From Azolla caroliniana (taxonomy: Eukaryota > Plantae > Polypodiophyta): a stretch of DNA of 64,000 nucleotides. The number at the start of each line of letters is the position of its first letter. The stretch's first letter is position 1. Below the pieces are notes generated by a model, which made no database searches, was not told where the DNA came from, and was given only the letters and a program-made list of their open reading frames with translations. Positions 36,118 to 49,404 of the stretch are shown one piece after another. The DNA is taken from NCBI GenBank assembly GCA_043228905.1, contig JBHGNT010000008.1, positions 7,936,001 through 8,000,000 of the forward strand, given 5' to 3'. A program made the position numbers and the translations under genes.

Positions 36118-37934
36118 GACAAGGCGAGCTTTCATGTATTGGGTAGAGTCTAATAAACATTTAAGTGTTTTGGAAGTATTAGAAGAGTTTTTTGAAAGAT
36201 TTGAGCAACTAAATGTTAGAGATAGAAATATAATAGTGCTAGATAAAGTAATATTGTTTCTACTAGCTACTAATATTAAAGACAGGAAGGACATGGGAAT
36301 TCTTTTAGAAGATCAAAATAGTCCAAGTGGACTTACCGAAGACTGGGAGGAGGTGAAAAGGGCGTGCGCCCATTTTTGCAAAAGAAAGTTATGGTTTATG
36401 GAGTTGCCTGACAGAAATGATGAAGAAACGGGGAACGAGTCGAGAGAAAAGAAAGTAGAAGAATCACTCTAACACGAATTGGTGAAAGGCATGAAAGACT
36501 TGTCGATCAAAGTGACGAAGCTAGAATCGGGACAAAGCTCGACATCATCAAGGCAGGGAGGTGGAATGGTCCGAAGGTGTATGTGGTGTGATAGTATCGA
36601 CCACCAGAAGAAAGATTGTCAAGAGCATAGGGATGCTCTTAATCATAATAAAATCTACTATCAAGATGGCAAGATTCACTCGACAGAGACTCGACAACCA
36701 CTTCAACTCAATTTCAGGCGAGGAGGAATGAAAAAGCTAATGGAAGATGCCGAGAGAGGAACGACTCAAGCGATACAATCCATGGCAACCTTAGGGTTGC
36801 GCATAGAAGACTCATATGGTGGATCTGGCTTTGGGCAAGATGTGATGGATTATGCAAGAAAAGGGAAGGTTCGAGTGGATGAATTAAAAAGAGCGGGAGA
36901 TGATTCTTGTCAATCGGCCACCGTCCTCGAGCATGAAATTCCGATGAAATACGAAACTTCACTGGATGGAATGATCCAGTAGACGCGCTATCAGCATTCG
37001 CCCAAGTGAATGCACAAGATGTGCTAGTGGAAGAGAAGCGGAAGAGAGCTGAGGAAGTTGATCCGACAAAGAGACATGAGACACGAGAACAGAAGAGAAG
37101 GGAGATGGAAAAGGGTGCTACTGAGCCGAAGGAAGCTGATAAAGTAAAAGGAAAGAATGACCAATCTTTCAAGCTTGCCTCAGACATAGAAACGACAGAT
37201 ATAAAAAAGGTACTAGAAACAAGAATACTAAATAGTAAGGTAGAAATTACTTTAAGAGAAGTGTTCGGTATAGCAAAGAAACAATTTCATGAAGTTATCA
37301 TAGATATTATTAGAAGGAAGAGAAAGGTGACGGAGGAAATTACGGGAGGGTGTGTAGCAACACTCCAAGATTTTTATGGTGGCACCATCAATGCTGCAAG
37401 TGTAAAAAACCAGAATGATGTTGGCGTCCATGAAGGGGATAGGAGTCACTATACAAGGGACCATTGGGCTCGAGCAACAACGGAGGCACCTACAAAAATT
37501 GGGGAGCAGCAAATTCCATGTATTGCTTTGATCAATCATGGATCCGATATTAACATGATGTCATCGGAATTTTATGCTCGAGGATGGTGGTTGATCGACA
37601 AGAATCATGGGTGGAAAATAAGAGCTGCCACAGAGACTACGGAGGATCTATTTGGAGCATGTCCTAGTGTGAAAGTAACAATTGGTGATGTGTCGATGAA
37701 TCAAAATTTCTTTGTGCAGGATCGATCAACCTACCCCATCATCCTTGGTCAGCCCTACATCACCACAATGAGGATGGAAACAAAGGTTATTGATGATGGT
37801 TCGGCTTTTGCAAGAATCAAGAGTCAAGATGGAAGAAAGAATGTCCAATTCTTAACCGTGAGGCCCAACCATGAAAGAAACAAAGAATGCTTAAGGGAAC
37901 ATCCAATTCAAGAGATGGATGAAGAGTTTTCCCA

Positions 37935-37944
37935 GGATTTTTAG
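37935..37944 (+). promoter_or_regulatory. Putative -1 ribosomal frameshift site G GAT TTT TAG
   Basis: The gag-protease frame stops right after the heptamer. The -1 frame reads LDRAFTGRG... without a stop into the pol ORF at 37998. Confidence 0.65.
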
Positions 37945-40900
37945 ATAGGGCTTTTACAGGTAGGGGTTGTGATAGCCCGAACATAAAAGAAAACCCCATG
38001 AATAATAATGTAAATAAAGATATTCCTTGTACAATCTCATCTAATGGTGCTACTTTTATACTAAAAGTAAATAATAATAAAATAAAAAATGCTTTTGAGT
38101 ACTTTAAGTGTTCTAGATTAATAGATGATGATGAAGAAATTCCGGATATGTTTGAAGAATTAAGTTTTGAAGATACAATAATTCATTTGGAAGCAATGGA
38201 AGAAGACAACGAAATCCAAGTTCTTGTCCATTCAATCAAGATGTACGAGGTCATTGAAGAAGTTGCCCGAAAGGATCATGAAACACATGTACTAACAAAG
38301 TACAAGACAGTGGAGAAGAAGGTTCTTCCTATTGCTACTCCACTTCCAGGGGATAGTGAAAAAGCAATCAAAGAAGCAGCCAACGAAAGGTGGGACATGT
38401 GTTTACTCCGGAAACAATACAAGGGATGAAAATAGAAGGGGGTGACTTCCTATTACCTTCTGAAGAAAAGCAATTCAGGGAGATGTTAAAAAGGCATGGA
38501 AAGGCGTTCGCATTCCAACATGAGGAAATAGGGTGTGTGGATCCAGAAATTGTAGAGCCCATGGTTATATTCACTATTCCTCATATTCCATGGAACTTTA
38601 AGCCAATACCCATGCCTAGGGCTAGAATCCCTCAATTGTTAGAACTTCTGAAAGAAAAGATAAGGATGGGTATCTTGGAACCATCGAACGCTCCTTACTC
38701 GAGTTGATGGTTCACTGTGTTAAAGAAAGATGGGAGACTCCGATTTATCCAAGATATGCAACCCGTGAATAAGGTAACAATCTGAAACTCGGGAGTAGGG
38801 CCAATTGTGGATGAGGTTGCTGAGATGTTTGTAGGAAGAGCTATATATTCAATGGGAGACCTTTATTCCGAGTATGATCAATTTCAACTTGCTATCAAAA
38901 GTCGAGATATAACTTCTATCAAGACACCTATAGGGTTAGTACGGATGTGTACCTTGCTGCAAGGAGCGACCAAGTCAATGGCCCATATGATGAATGGAAT
39001 GAACAAGGTACTTTGTGATTTTATTCCTCATATTACAATGCCTTTTTTAGATGATGTTCCAATTAAGGGATGCAAGGAGGAATAGAAGAGTGAGGAATTG
39101 GACGAAAGTGGTTGCCGTCAATTCGTTGTTGACCATATCAAGGATTGTGAGAAGGTACTATCAAGGATGGAAGAAGTGCATTTGACCTTATCAGGGGCGA
39201 AGTCAATATTTGTGGCAAAAGAGATATTAATAGTTGGTCATATGTGTGGCCCATACGGGAGAAAGCCATCCCCAGTCAAGGTCAATGCAATTCAAAATAT
39301 GCAAGAGGAATGTACATCCGTCTCAGAAGTACGAAGGTTTTTGGGGGTATGTGTTTTTTACTGTAAATGGATTCCACATTATGCCCATTTATCTGAACCT
39401 TTATATAGACTCCTAAGAAAAGGAGAGACATTTGAATGGAGTGAAGAGCATTCAGAGGCAATGAAGAAATTGAAGTACTACTTAGCACAAGCTCCACCAT
39501 TAAAGCAACCTGACTACACCCGACACATATATCTCACAGTAGACTCTAGTCCCATTGGAATTGGATGGGTGATAAGCCAACAAGATGGGGAAGAAAGGTA
39601 TCCAGTCTGATTCGGAGCAAAGGTTCTTAGTGGTAGACAAAGAAAATATGCACAGGTGAAAAGAGAGCTATGGGGGATAGTAGCAACATTAAAGACAAAC
39701 AGAGATTACTTAATCGGTGCTGAAGTAATAATAGAAACAGATTGTTTGCCTATTCTTGGTATCATAGCTAATTGTGATATTCTAGATCAAGCCATGTTAA
39801 GATGGTGTATCTATATTAGATTAGTCAACCCTGAAGTTAGACATATCTCTGGGAATAAAAATGCACTAGCAGATATGTTATCAAGAGTAAGGTATAAGGA
39901 AGAGGAGATTCCAGACTCAGACAATGAGGACAAAGAACAAACAGTCCTTGCCACAAGCATTACCCGAGAAGGAGGGATGCAATTTCTAGAAGAGGAGTAT
40001 GAAGAAGAATTCAAGGAAATAGGGAAATACCTACAAACCCCTGAAAAGTACAAAGGTCGATCTGGAAAAGAGTTTGCGCAGTTTCGCAAGAAAGCCCATA
40101 AGTTCTTCCTGCATGAAGGATATCTATGGCGACATCCAAAGACCAAGAGTTCTGAAGTGCAAAGAAAGGAGGTAATGAGAGAGTTGCATGACAAAGAATG
40201 GGTTGGTCATCGAGGAGTGTGGGCCACTTTCAGTAAGATTAAAGAACGGTTTTGGTGGTCTCGATACTATGAGGAAACAAAGAAGTATGTGGAAACTTGT
40301 CCCACTTGTCAATATTATTCAAATATAAAATTTTCTGATGAGTTACACCCAACATACTCACTGGGGGTGCATTACAAGTGGATGATAGATTTGCTAACAA
40401 TGCCACCTGGAGTAGGACAAAAGAGATACTTGGTTCTTGCAAGAGAAGATCCAACAAATCAAGCGGAAGGACATGCACTGCGAATGAAAGGGACATTAGG
40501 AGTATGCCAATTCATCTTGGAGGACATTGTTTGTAGATATGGATGTATTGGGAAGATAGTGGCAGATAGGGGAGAGCTCAATTATGCGGAAGCTCAAGAT
40601 TTTTTTGACAAAGTAGGAATTCGGTTTTCTTTGACAACGGCGTACAACCTAGAAGCTAATGGAAAGATAGAAAGGGGACATGGGCCAATAGTCAAAGCTC
40701 TGGCAAAGGCATGTAGAGGACCGGTTAGTGATTGGCCAAAAATCTTACCCTATGCACTATGGGCTGATAGGACAACTCACAGCACTGTTACTGGATATAT
40801 GCCTGCAGAATTAATCACAGGACAGAAGCCAATAATGCCAATTGAAGAAAAGATAACTACATGGGTTGTGTTGCCTTGGGAATTGGAAATGAGTAGGGAA

Positions 40901-41345
40901 GATTTACTTGTGGTTCGAATACGACAACTTCAATCAAGGACAGAAGACATAGAAAAAGCAGCTACTAGATTGAAAGAGACAAGAATCAAGAATAAGGACA
41001 GATTTCACAAGATGAAAAGAATACGACCAAGAAAGGTGCAAGAGGGAGATTGGGTATTAGTATATGATAGTAGCCTAGATAATCAATACAGTACTATTCG
41101 AAAGTTTGCAAAAAAATGGTTTGGACCTTATGAAGTTAGAAAAATAACAGATAAAGCCACATCTTTCCTCAATGAATTAGATGGGATAGAAATTCGTATC
41201 CCAATTGCAGGAAAAAGGATTAAAATATTTAAAAGGAGGGAGTCATTAGAGCCCGAATTTTATGAAGAAGTAGAAGAACTAAAAGAATCCAAAGAAGTGT
41301 TGGATGAACTCTGCACAACCAGTGTGCAAGTTCAAAGGGGGTGGG

Positions 41346-42269
41346 TGTCGTAAAGAATGTGCTTCACGATATAAAAATGAGCTTAAATATTGTATTTAAT
41401 AATATTTGAGAGACTTGAACCCACATCCTTATATACAAAGAACAATGTACATACCACTAGGCTAGGTTATTTATTTGTAAAGGTTTGTAAAAAAAATGTA
41501 CTTCATGATATAAGAATGAAGCTATATATTGTATTGAGTAAAATAACGAGACTTGAACTCTCAACCTTGTATACCAAACACAAAGCATACACCACTAAGC
41601 TAGGTTAGTTATTTTAGAATGCATTTTCATCATTATACTTATCCCATATTTATTTTCATACATAGCCATTATGCATCACATGCAATGCATGTGCGCCAAA
41701 TGACGATCATGCATTACACGTAACTCATGCATTGCATGCATGCCATGCTCCCATACATTACCATATGCATGGCAACACTTATATAAAGAGGGGCAAGGAA
41801 ACAAAAGGGGATCATCAAGAGAGAGTGAGAAATTAATATAATTAAGTAAAGAAGATTACCTCATTGGGTGGAGAACCTCTCGTTTTGAAGATGAGGTCAT
41901 GGGTTCAAATCAAGGGTCGGTAGAGAATGTGTTCAATTTGCGATCAAGGATTGTAAAGTTGGTAAAATATTGTTTTTTTAATATACATCATGTTTATATC
42001 AAATACTCTTGCTTCTTGAATCATACTTTGTCTCAATCTTCCTTCTTAAATCATACTTTGTCTCTATCTTGCTTCTTGAATCATATATTGTCTCTATCTT
42101 TTATCTATTCTCCTCTCTCTCACACACACACATTACTCGTAACTCTTTTTCTTGCTATTCTTAACCTTTCTAACATCACCATACAAGCCTTATTAAAATT
42201 TAAGTTCCTTCAACTCCCCTTAGCCTTAGTCCCTGCGACTTCGCCACACAAACCACAACTACCCCAACA
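41346..42269 (+). repeat. 3' LTR (924 bp)
   Basis: Follows the PPT. Direct repeat of 34118-35029. Confidence 0.95.
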
Positions 42270-42973
42270 ACGTTGCCCAAAGGGACAACTAACGTCTCCC
42301 AGCTATCTGGAAGGGAACCAAGCATGAGCAATGCTAGTAACTCATTGGCGAGAGGTACTTCCAATGATGTTGCCTGGTGAATCAACCCCTGGAAGGCATT
42401 CATGTGCTCCACCATGCTGGAGCCATCTTGGTACCGGAGCCTCACTAGCTTCCAAAATACCAAAACCCGATTTAGAACATTTTTGTTCTGAAACATAATG
42501 CCAATCTTTTCCCAAAGCTCATGAGCCTTGTACATGCTCATGTCGATGAAGCACTGGATGTATGCCATCGTCTTCATGTGCATCACCTCCCACACCGTGG
42601 CGTTGATTTTGTTCGGTCTCTTGTCCCCGAACTGAACCGGCAACCAAAGATCTTTAACCACAAGCATGTCCCTCATCTTCGACTTCCACACTGAGTAGTT
42701 GGAGGTGGTGATCTTGAACATGCCGTGAAATGAATCTTCCATTTTCTGTGTCGTTTTGCTATGATACCAGATTGACAGTTATATGTGGAATATTGCTCGG
42801 CCACAACCGAGTCTTAGAATCAACCACAGAAAGATGGGAATAGGGAGAAATGCACGTATACACACAAACAAAAGAGCAAGAGAGAGTACACAGGATGTTT
42901 ACGTGGAAAACCCTAAACGGGAAAAACCACGGGAGCCTTCATCATCCCATCCAGAGGGACCGAAATCCTAACA
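42270..42973 (-). mobile_element. 5' fragment of a Tnt1/Tork-like copia (short LTR 42773-42973, PBS, gag start)
   Basis: LTR starts TGTTAGGATTTCGGTCCCTC on -, like the 51925 family. PBS TGGTATCATAGC. NYSVWKSKMRDML..LPDSWETLVV. About 20 bp of its continuation (NAGPEG) lies at ~34098-34117. Confidence 0.82.
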
Positions 42974-45900
42974 CCACTAGAGGGACATATTCCTAACAAA
43001 CTCCCTTGTCACTCCTGTGGGGAGGAGTCAATTATTCATGTCCTCTGTCAACAGACTCTAAGTCTGTCCATCGGTAGGTTCTTTGTCAGCATGTCAGATC
43101 CATTGTCGTCAATCTGGATCTTCATGAGGGTAAACTCTCCTTCTTCGACTTTCTCCCGCAACCAGTGATACCTTCTCGATATGGGCTTGGTCTGGGCATG
43201 CTATGCAACATTCTTGGCTAGATGTATGGCACTCTAGCTGTCACAGTGAAGTAAGAAATCCTTTTGCTTCATCCCCAACTCATTGAGAAAGTTTCTAATC
43301 CAAATCAGCTCCTTGTCAGGCTCTACCGTTGCCATATACTTTGCCTCTGTGGTCGACAAGGCCACAGACTTCTACTGTCGTGACTGCCACGACACTGCTC
43401 CACCTGCATAGGTCATCACGTACCCTGAGGTGGATCGGTTTGAGTCTACATCCCCCGACATGTCCGAGTCGGTAAACCCTTCGAGCATGGGTTTTCCGAC
43501 ACTTACTTAAGACACACACCCGAGGTGCCTTTTAAGGACCTGAGTATCCATTTCACCCCTGCCCATTGTTCTCGTCCAGGATTACTCATGTATCGGCTTA
43601 CTATTCCCACAGCAAATGCAATGTCTGGTCTGTGCAGACCATAGCGTACATTAATCTGCCCACGGCTGAGGCATATGGTACTTTCCTCATCTCAACCTTT
43701 TCTTTCTCCCCTCTCGGGAATTTCTTTGCATTTAACTTGCATTTAGTCGGCAACACTGAGCCAACCAGCTTTGCTTCCGACATGTTGAATCTTTCTAGGA
43801 TCTTCGTCACTTATTTCCCTTGTGACAACCACAACACTTTCTTAGTTCTGTCCCGAAGTATGTGCATCCCTAAGATCTGTTTCGCTGGTCCAAGATCTTT
43901 CATGGAAAACAATTTGCCTAGAGCTTTCTTCAAGCTTCTGATCTTCCTTGTATCTTGACCGACTATCAACATGTCATCTACATATAACAAGAGAATCAAG
44001 AAGTCACCTTTGTCGTACCTTTTGACGAATACACAATGATCAGCCTGTGTTTCTGGAACCCATGTTCCACCATGAAGGATTCGAACTTCTTGTACCATTG
44101 GCGTGGAGCTGTTTCAACCCATACAGCTTTTCTTCAGTTGACACACCAGATTCTCTTTCCCTTTCTCCACACAGCCTTCAAGTTGCTGCATCTAAATTTC
44201 TTCATCCAACTCCCCATGCAAGAATGTCTTCATGACATCCAACTATTCGATCTCCAAATCCATGTTGGCAGCTATGCTCAAAACAGTTCTAATGGATGTC
44301 ATCTTCATGACCAAAGCAAATATTCCATCAAAGTCAACACCCTTTTTCTGTTGGAAACCCTTCACCACAATGCAGGCTTTATACCTAGGCGCACTGTTGA
44401 CTTCTCCAGTCTTTACCTTGTAGACCCATTTGTTTCAGAGTGCACTCTTACCTTTTGGTAATTCTACTAGGTCGTAGGTGTAGTTTCCGTGCAAGGAGTC
44501 CATCTCATCTTGCATCGCATTCAACCATTTCTCTCTGTGTTCATCGGCAATGGCTTCATCATAGCATTTTGTCTTACCTTCATCAGTCAAGAGGATGTAT
44601 TGAATGGCATATGTTGTCGGTGCTCGGGCCACTATGAGGTTTCCACGGCAGAACTTCCACTTTCCATTCCGAAAGCTACCTCTGTAGCCTTCTAGTCTTC
44701 CAGTAGATATCAGGTTTAGTCTGATATTGGGGACATGTCGAACATCCTTCAGAGTTAGCCGACACCCTGTCAACGTCGTCAGGCAGACACTTCCGACTCC
44801 CGCTATCTTGCACTCCCCATTGTCACCCATCTTTACATAACCATGATCCCCAGTTATGTAAGTCGAGAAATACTCTCTCGACGGAGTTATATGGAAAGAT
44901 GAACCGGAGTCGACCACCCAAGTGCATTCCTCACTCGCTAGGTTTGCACTTGTCTTCTCACAAATGAACAGAAGTTCTTCTTTGCTCATAACAATGGCTG
45001 AAGTGCCCTTTTCATCAAGAATCTTCCTAGGAAATTGACACCATTACCGATACCTTTGTCCTTCCTCATGTGTCGGTAGTCCTTCTGGAAGTGTCCAGGT
45101 TTTCCACAATAGAAGCACACGAGCTTTCCTCTGAACTTTGACCTGGGCTGAGACTTTTCTCTCCTAAGTGGACTTCTTTGCCGGTTCCTTCCTTTGCCGA
45201 TGTGTTGAGTCACATTTGACTCCAACTGGACTACGACACCCTTGTCCTTCCTTCTCGCTTCCTCATTCAGGATGCTTGTCTTCACCGCTTGTAAAGACAA
45301 GTTCTCTTCTTGTCAAGAGGTGTTGATAGTAACCACTAGGTTCTCCCAGTTATCAAGAAGTGTGCACATCAGTAGGATGGCCTACATAGCATCATCAAAG
45401 GGAAACTTGGTTGCAGCAAGTTGATTTACATACCCTATGAATGTGTTGATGTGTTCGACGATGCTCTCACCGTCTCTGTATTTCAGCCATATGATCTTTC
45501 TCATCAATGAGGTTTTATTAAGGGCGTTCTTCCTCTCATATAGACCTGACAGCTTCTGCCATAGCTCGTGGGCATTTGTGTCGTTCACCACATGCTGAAG
45601 GGCACTTACATCGATGCACTGTCAGATGGTGGCCACCGCCTTTTTGTTAAGAAGTTTCCATTCTTACTCTAATACCCCCGTGGGTATTTCTGCTCTGTCG
45701 ATCGGCTCGTACAGGTCTTTGACTATGAGAAGGTTCTCCATCTTTATCTTCTAGTCTGCATAGTTTTGAGAGGTTAGAACTATCATTCTTGGGAAGCCAC
45801 TCACACCTCCTCCATGCTTGCACCTCAAGCTCTTATACCAGTCTGTTGTGAAACAAATCGTCAATCTGCAAGAGGTAATGCACTGAAAACACACAGTTCG

Positions 45901-46506
45901 GAAACACAAAAAAATAGTGTACACAGATTTGACGTGGAAACCCTAAAACAGGAGAAAACCACAGAGAACAGAGCTTCACTATACAGTGGATATACAATGA
46001 TAAGATTAGAGTACAACACTCTCTACACTGACTGCTTCAGCCGCGCAAGGCTCTTGGCATATGCTATTACAGAACACAGTTATGGCGCCGCTCACCCTCT
46101 ATCCCCTCTCGTTCACACTCTTCTCTGTCGCCAGCAGCAACAGAGGATCACCAATTGTTCTCACTATATAACTATAACGTTTGCCCTAGGTGTATTTATA
46201 CTAATACACAGTAGTTGTTATTTACAAATGTAGCCCCTACTACACATCACTACTATTATTATCTATAATAATAATAAGTAGCTATCAGCCGACTCTAGGA
46301 TCAATTGCCCAGTTGATTCGACTAGTCAGCCTGGTCATCGACCATCTGGTCGGCCCGACTAGTTGGTTACGTCTTCGACCTGGATCTCCTTTTTGTTGAC
46401 GCACCTAGTCAACTCTCACAATCGATTTCCTTGCAGTCGACTCTTCAACCATTAATGCTCGGCCCAAATAGTTGGCTCCTCCCACTGGAGGGATGTATTC
46501 CTAATA
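42974..46506 (-). mobile_element. Degenerate Tnt1/Tork-like copia with the integrase deleted (5' LTR 45844-46506, only 25 bp of the 3' LTR left at 42974-42998)
   Basis: PBS at 45829-45840. gag LYERKNALNK, CFYCGKPGH, WVVDSGSSFH, then a direct jump to LLTDEG and RT/RNase H. PPT at about 43000-43010. Confidence 0.87.
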
Positions 46507-48611
46507 CATGCATGGGTCAGATTCCAACCGGTTGTAGCCAAGTTGTCATATGTAGGTATCGAACTTCTGATACCACATTCTCCATGCTTGCTTTGGGCCA
46601 TATAGGCTCTTCTTCAGCTTGCAGACAAGGTGACCTTGCTCCCCTGTCACCATGAAGCCTGTCGGTTGAGACATATAGATGTCTTCATCTAGATCTTCGT
46701 GAAAGAAAGCAATCTTGACATCTAGTTGTTCGAGCTCTAGGTCTTCCATCACCATTACCCCTAGAGAAAGCTAAAGGGTGGTCATTTTGACTGCAGGCGA
46801 GAAGATCTCGTCGTAGTCGACCCAATGTTCCTATTTGAAACCTTTGGCAATGATCCAAGCTATGTACTTGGGTCGTTCTAAACCAGATACATACTTCTAT
46901 CAGTAAACCCATTTGCACGGTAGCGGCTTCCGATTAGTTGGTAATTCGGCTTCCAATTAGTTGGTAATTCGACCAACTCCCATGTCTTATTTTCCTTGAT
47001 CGAGTCCATTTCAAATCTCAAGGCTTGTAGCCATGTGTTGGCATTCGATGCAGCTACAACTTCCTCATACGAGCTAGGTTCACCTGCATTCGTGTAGTGG
47101 ACATAGTCGAGGCCCAGTTGGTAAAACTATGTTGGTCTTCGGACTCATCCCAATCTCCTAGGTGCCAATTTTGACGGTTCTAATTCTACGATTGGTTCTA
47201 GTGTCGAATCGGTATTACTTGAACCATCTTCAGGATTCCTTCTAAATGATCCACTCCTACGATTGGAGTTCGTTGTTGTCGGATCATCCTCCCCTTCTTC
47301 GTTATCGATTGGCATAGGGGTTGGTGCCTTGGCCGGTTCCACTTGGCCTTTTGGCACCTTAGCATGTTTGGATTATTTGGTTGTTTCAACTCTGTCTTTT
47401 TCACCTCTTGACAATCTCTTAGTCGAATCGAATTCCACTAGTGGACCTCTTGTCAATTTGGATTCGGCAGGGGGGTCGTTGGCTTGGTCATCTTCGATTG
47501 TTTGTCGAATCGCCGATTTGGCCTAGTCGATCAACCCTTCTACAGCTAGTCTATCAAGGTCAAATGAGACCTTTTTGAGGACTTTTGTAGGTTGGATTGG
47601 GTTGGAGAGTATTGAATCTTCATTGAAGAATACGTCATTGCTCCGGATCCCATAGCCAATAGCCGAAGTCCCCATTGGTTCCATAGTCGAGAAATATACA
47701 CTTGAGTCAATAGGGTGCCAACTTGGTCCTTTTATCCCTGGATATGAAGGCATATGCGTCGCATCTTAAAGTATGAAGCATGTCGTAGGTCGGTTGTTTG
47801 CCTGACCATAGTGCATGTGGCACTTCAAGCTGTATTGCTCTCGACAGTGATAGATTTATCAAGTAGACAGTCGTCTACAATCATGTTTTGGCCCAGAATT
47901 CTAGATTGTTGGAGCATTGTCGTCACTCTCTCTTGGATCGTGCAATTGATTCGTTGCGCCACGCCGTTTTGCATAGAAATATATGGAACGGTGTTGTGAT
48001 GCTAGATCCCTTTGTTGGACAGGTACTGTTTGAAGTCTCAAGAGCTGTATTCACCTCCATTATCGAACCGAAGTGTCTTCACTCAGTGTCTTGATCGGTT
48101 CTCCACTTTGGCTAACCACCGAGAAAAGACCTTGATTGCTTCACCTCTCAACCTAATCAAGTAGGCCCAGACCTTCTGTGTATAGTCATTTATGAATGTC
48201 ATGAAGTAGCGGCAGCCTCCTAGTGACCTTTCGGGCATCGGCCCACATATATCTGTGTGGACCAATTCTAGGGGTTGTCGTATCGTCTCGTAATGGAGAG
48301 AGTGCGGACTTGGGATTTGTTTTCCATAATGACAATGATCACAGAAGTCCATCTTCGACTGGAGTTTCAGGATGTAGCCAATCGTCATCAACCGATCTAG
48401 TTCGGCTTGAGACATGTGGCCGAATTTACCATGCCATAGATTTGAATCTTGCAATTCAACTACGTTCATTGCGCCCTCTAGATTGATCGCCATTAGCGGA
48501 TATAGGTTATTGTACTTGCATCCACACCCGATTTTCATGTTTCCTCGGTTGATCATCCATGAAAGCTCACTTAGAGTTGTCTGATACTTGGCTTCAACTA
48601 GCATGTTGATG
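46507..48611 (-). pseudogene. Highly degenerate copia integrase-RT fragment
   Basis: LWHGKFGHMS..CDHCHYGK, HTDICGP, EQLDVKIAFFH, KKSLYG. Bounded by LTRs of other elements. Confidence 0.85.
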
Positions 48612-49007
48612 TGTTAGGATTTTTGGTCCCTCCGGATGGGACATGAGTACCCAGAAACAAAAGACCCGGGTAGAACCAGATGACGCAGGCCGGGTGAGAA
48701 CCTCTCACCGGATGAAGGGACATATATGTAAATATGTCTCTATTAGCCCATTGTGGCTACATTTGTAAATAGCCCGAAAGTCATATTAGTATAAATATGA
48801 CCTAGGGCAAACAGAGTATTGTGGTTGATGCATAGAGTTATTGGTGTAGCTACTATACAGAGTGTAACAAAGAGAGAGAGAGAAAGAGAGAGAGAGAGTG
48901 ATACAGAGAGTGTGTCTCTGTTATAACCGCCGCCAGACGAAGTGTTATCCCTAGGGCCGGACAATGGCCTAACACAAGGTGTCCCTTGAGACACTTCACC
49001 AAAGGGG
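48612..49007 (+). repeat. Partial copia LTR (51925-family), interrupted by the gypsy LTR
   Basis: TGTTAGGATTTTTGGTCCCTCCGGATGGGA start, the TTTGTAAATAGCCCGAAAGTCA..TATAAATATGAC block and a GA tract are shared with LTR 51925. Confidence 0.85.
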
Positions 49008-49404
49008 TGTTGTGGTGAGATAAACTTAGACCGACTCTTAATGAACCCTAATTAGTTACTAATCGGCAAGATCATTTGTCACAATACACGCGTAAGATGA
49101 ATTACACTTTAGCACAGAATGGTAATTAACAAAGAATAAGATACAGAACAACAACACTCTATTAATTATCCGTTAATGATTACAATCTAACCGGGCCCTT
49201 TTATAAGTCTCCGGCTCTAGGTACAAACCAGTCCCAACCGGCAAACGGCTACGAACCGGTCCGAATCCGGATCGGCATACCGATTCCGGGTCCGTCCGTT
49301 CGTTTCTCAAAATCATAATAATTCTATAATATATATATAATCAGCTCCTGGTTATTAATTATCCCCTTCTTCCATTCTGGACATTCCTTGCTGGCCAGCT
49401 AACA
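49008..49404 (-). repeat. Putative gypsy 3' LTR (397 bp)
   Basis: Reads TGTTA...CAACA on -, with TATAAAA at about 49198-49204 on -. The boundary coincides with the interruption of the copia LTR. Confidence 0.7.

Larger units (their letters stand above)
34118..42269 (+). mobile_element. Full-length degenerate Ty3/gypsy element of a divergent lineage (resembles fungal Ylt1-like or non-seed-plant gypsies)
   Basis: Paired LTRs, PBS TGGTGAACCCGATGTGA (tRNA-Trp-like) from 35034, PPT AAAGGGGGTGGG at 41334-41345, apparent 4-bp TSD GCGT/ACGT. gag CMWCDSIDH..C, protease ALINHGS, RT PFLDD, RNase H, integrase GHRG..CPTC..ADRGE..NGKIERGH, GPY. Confidence 0.93.
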
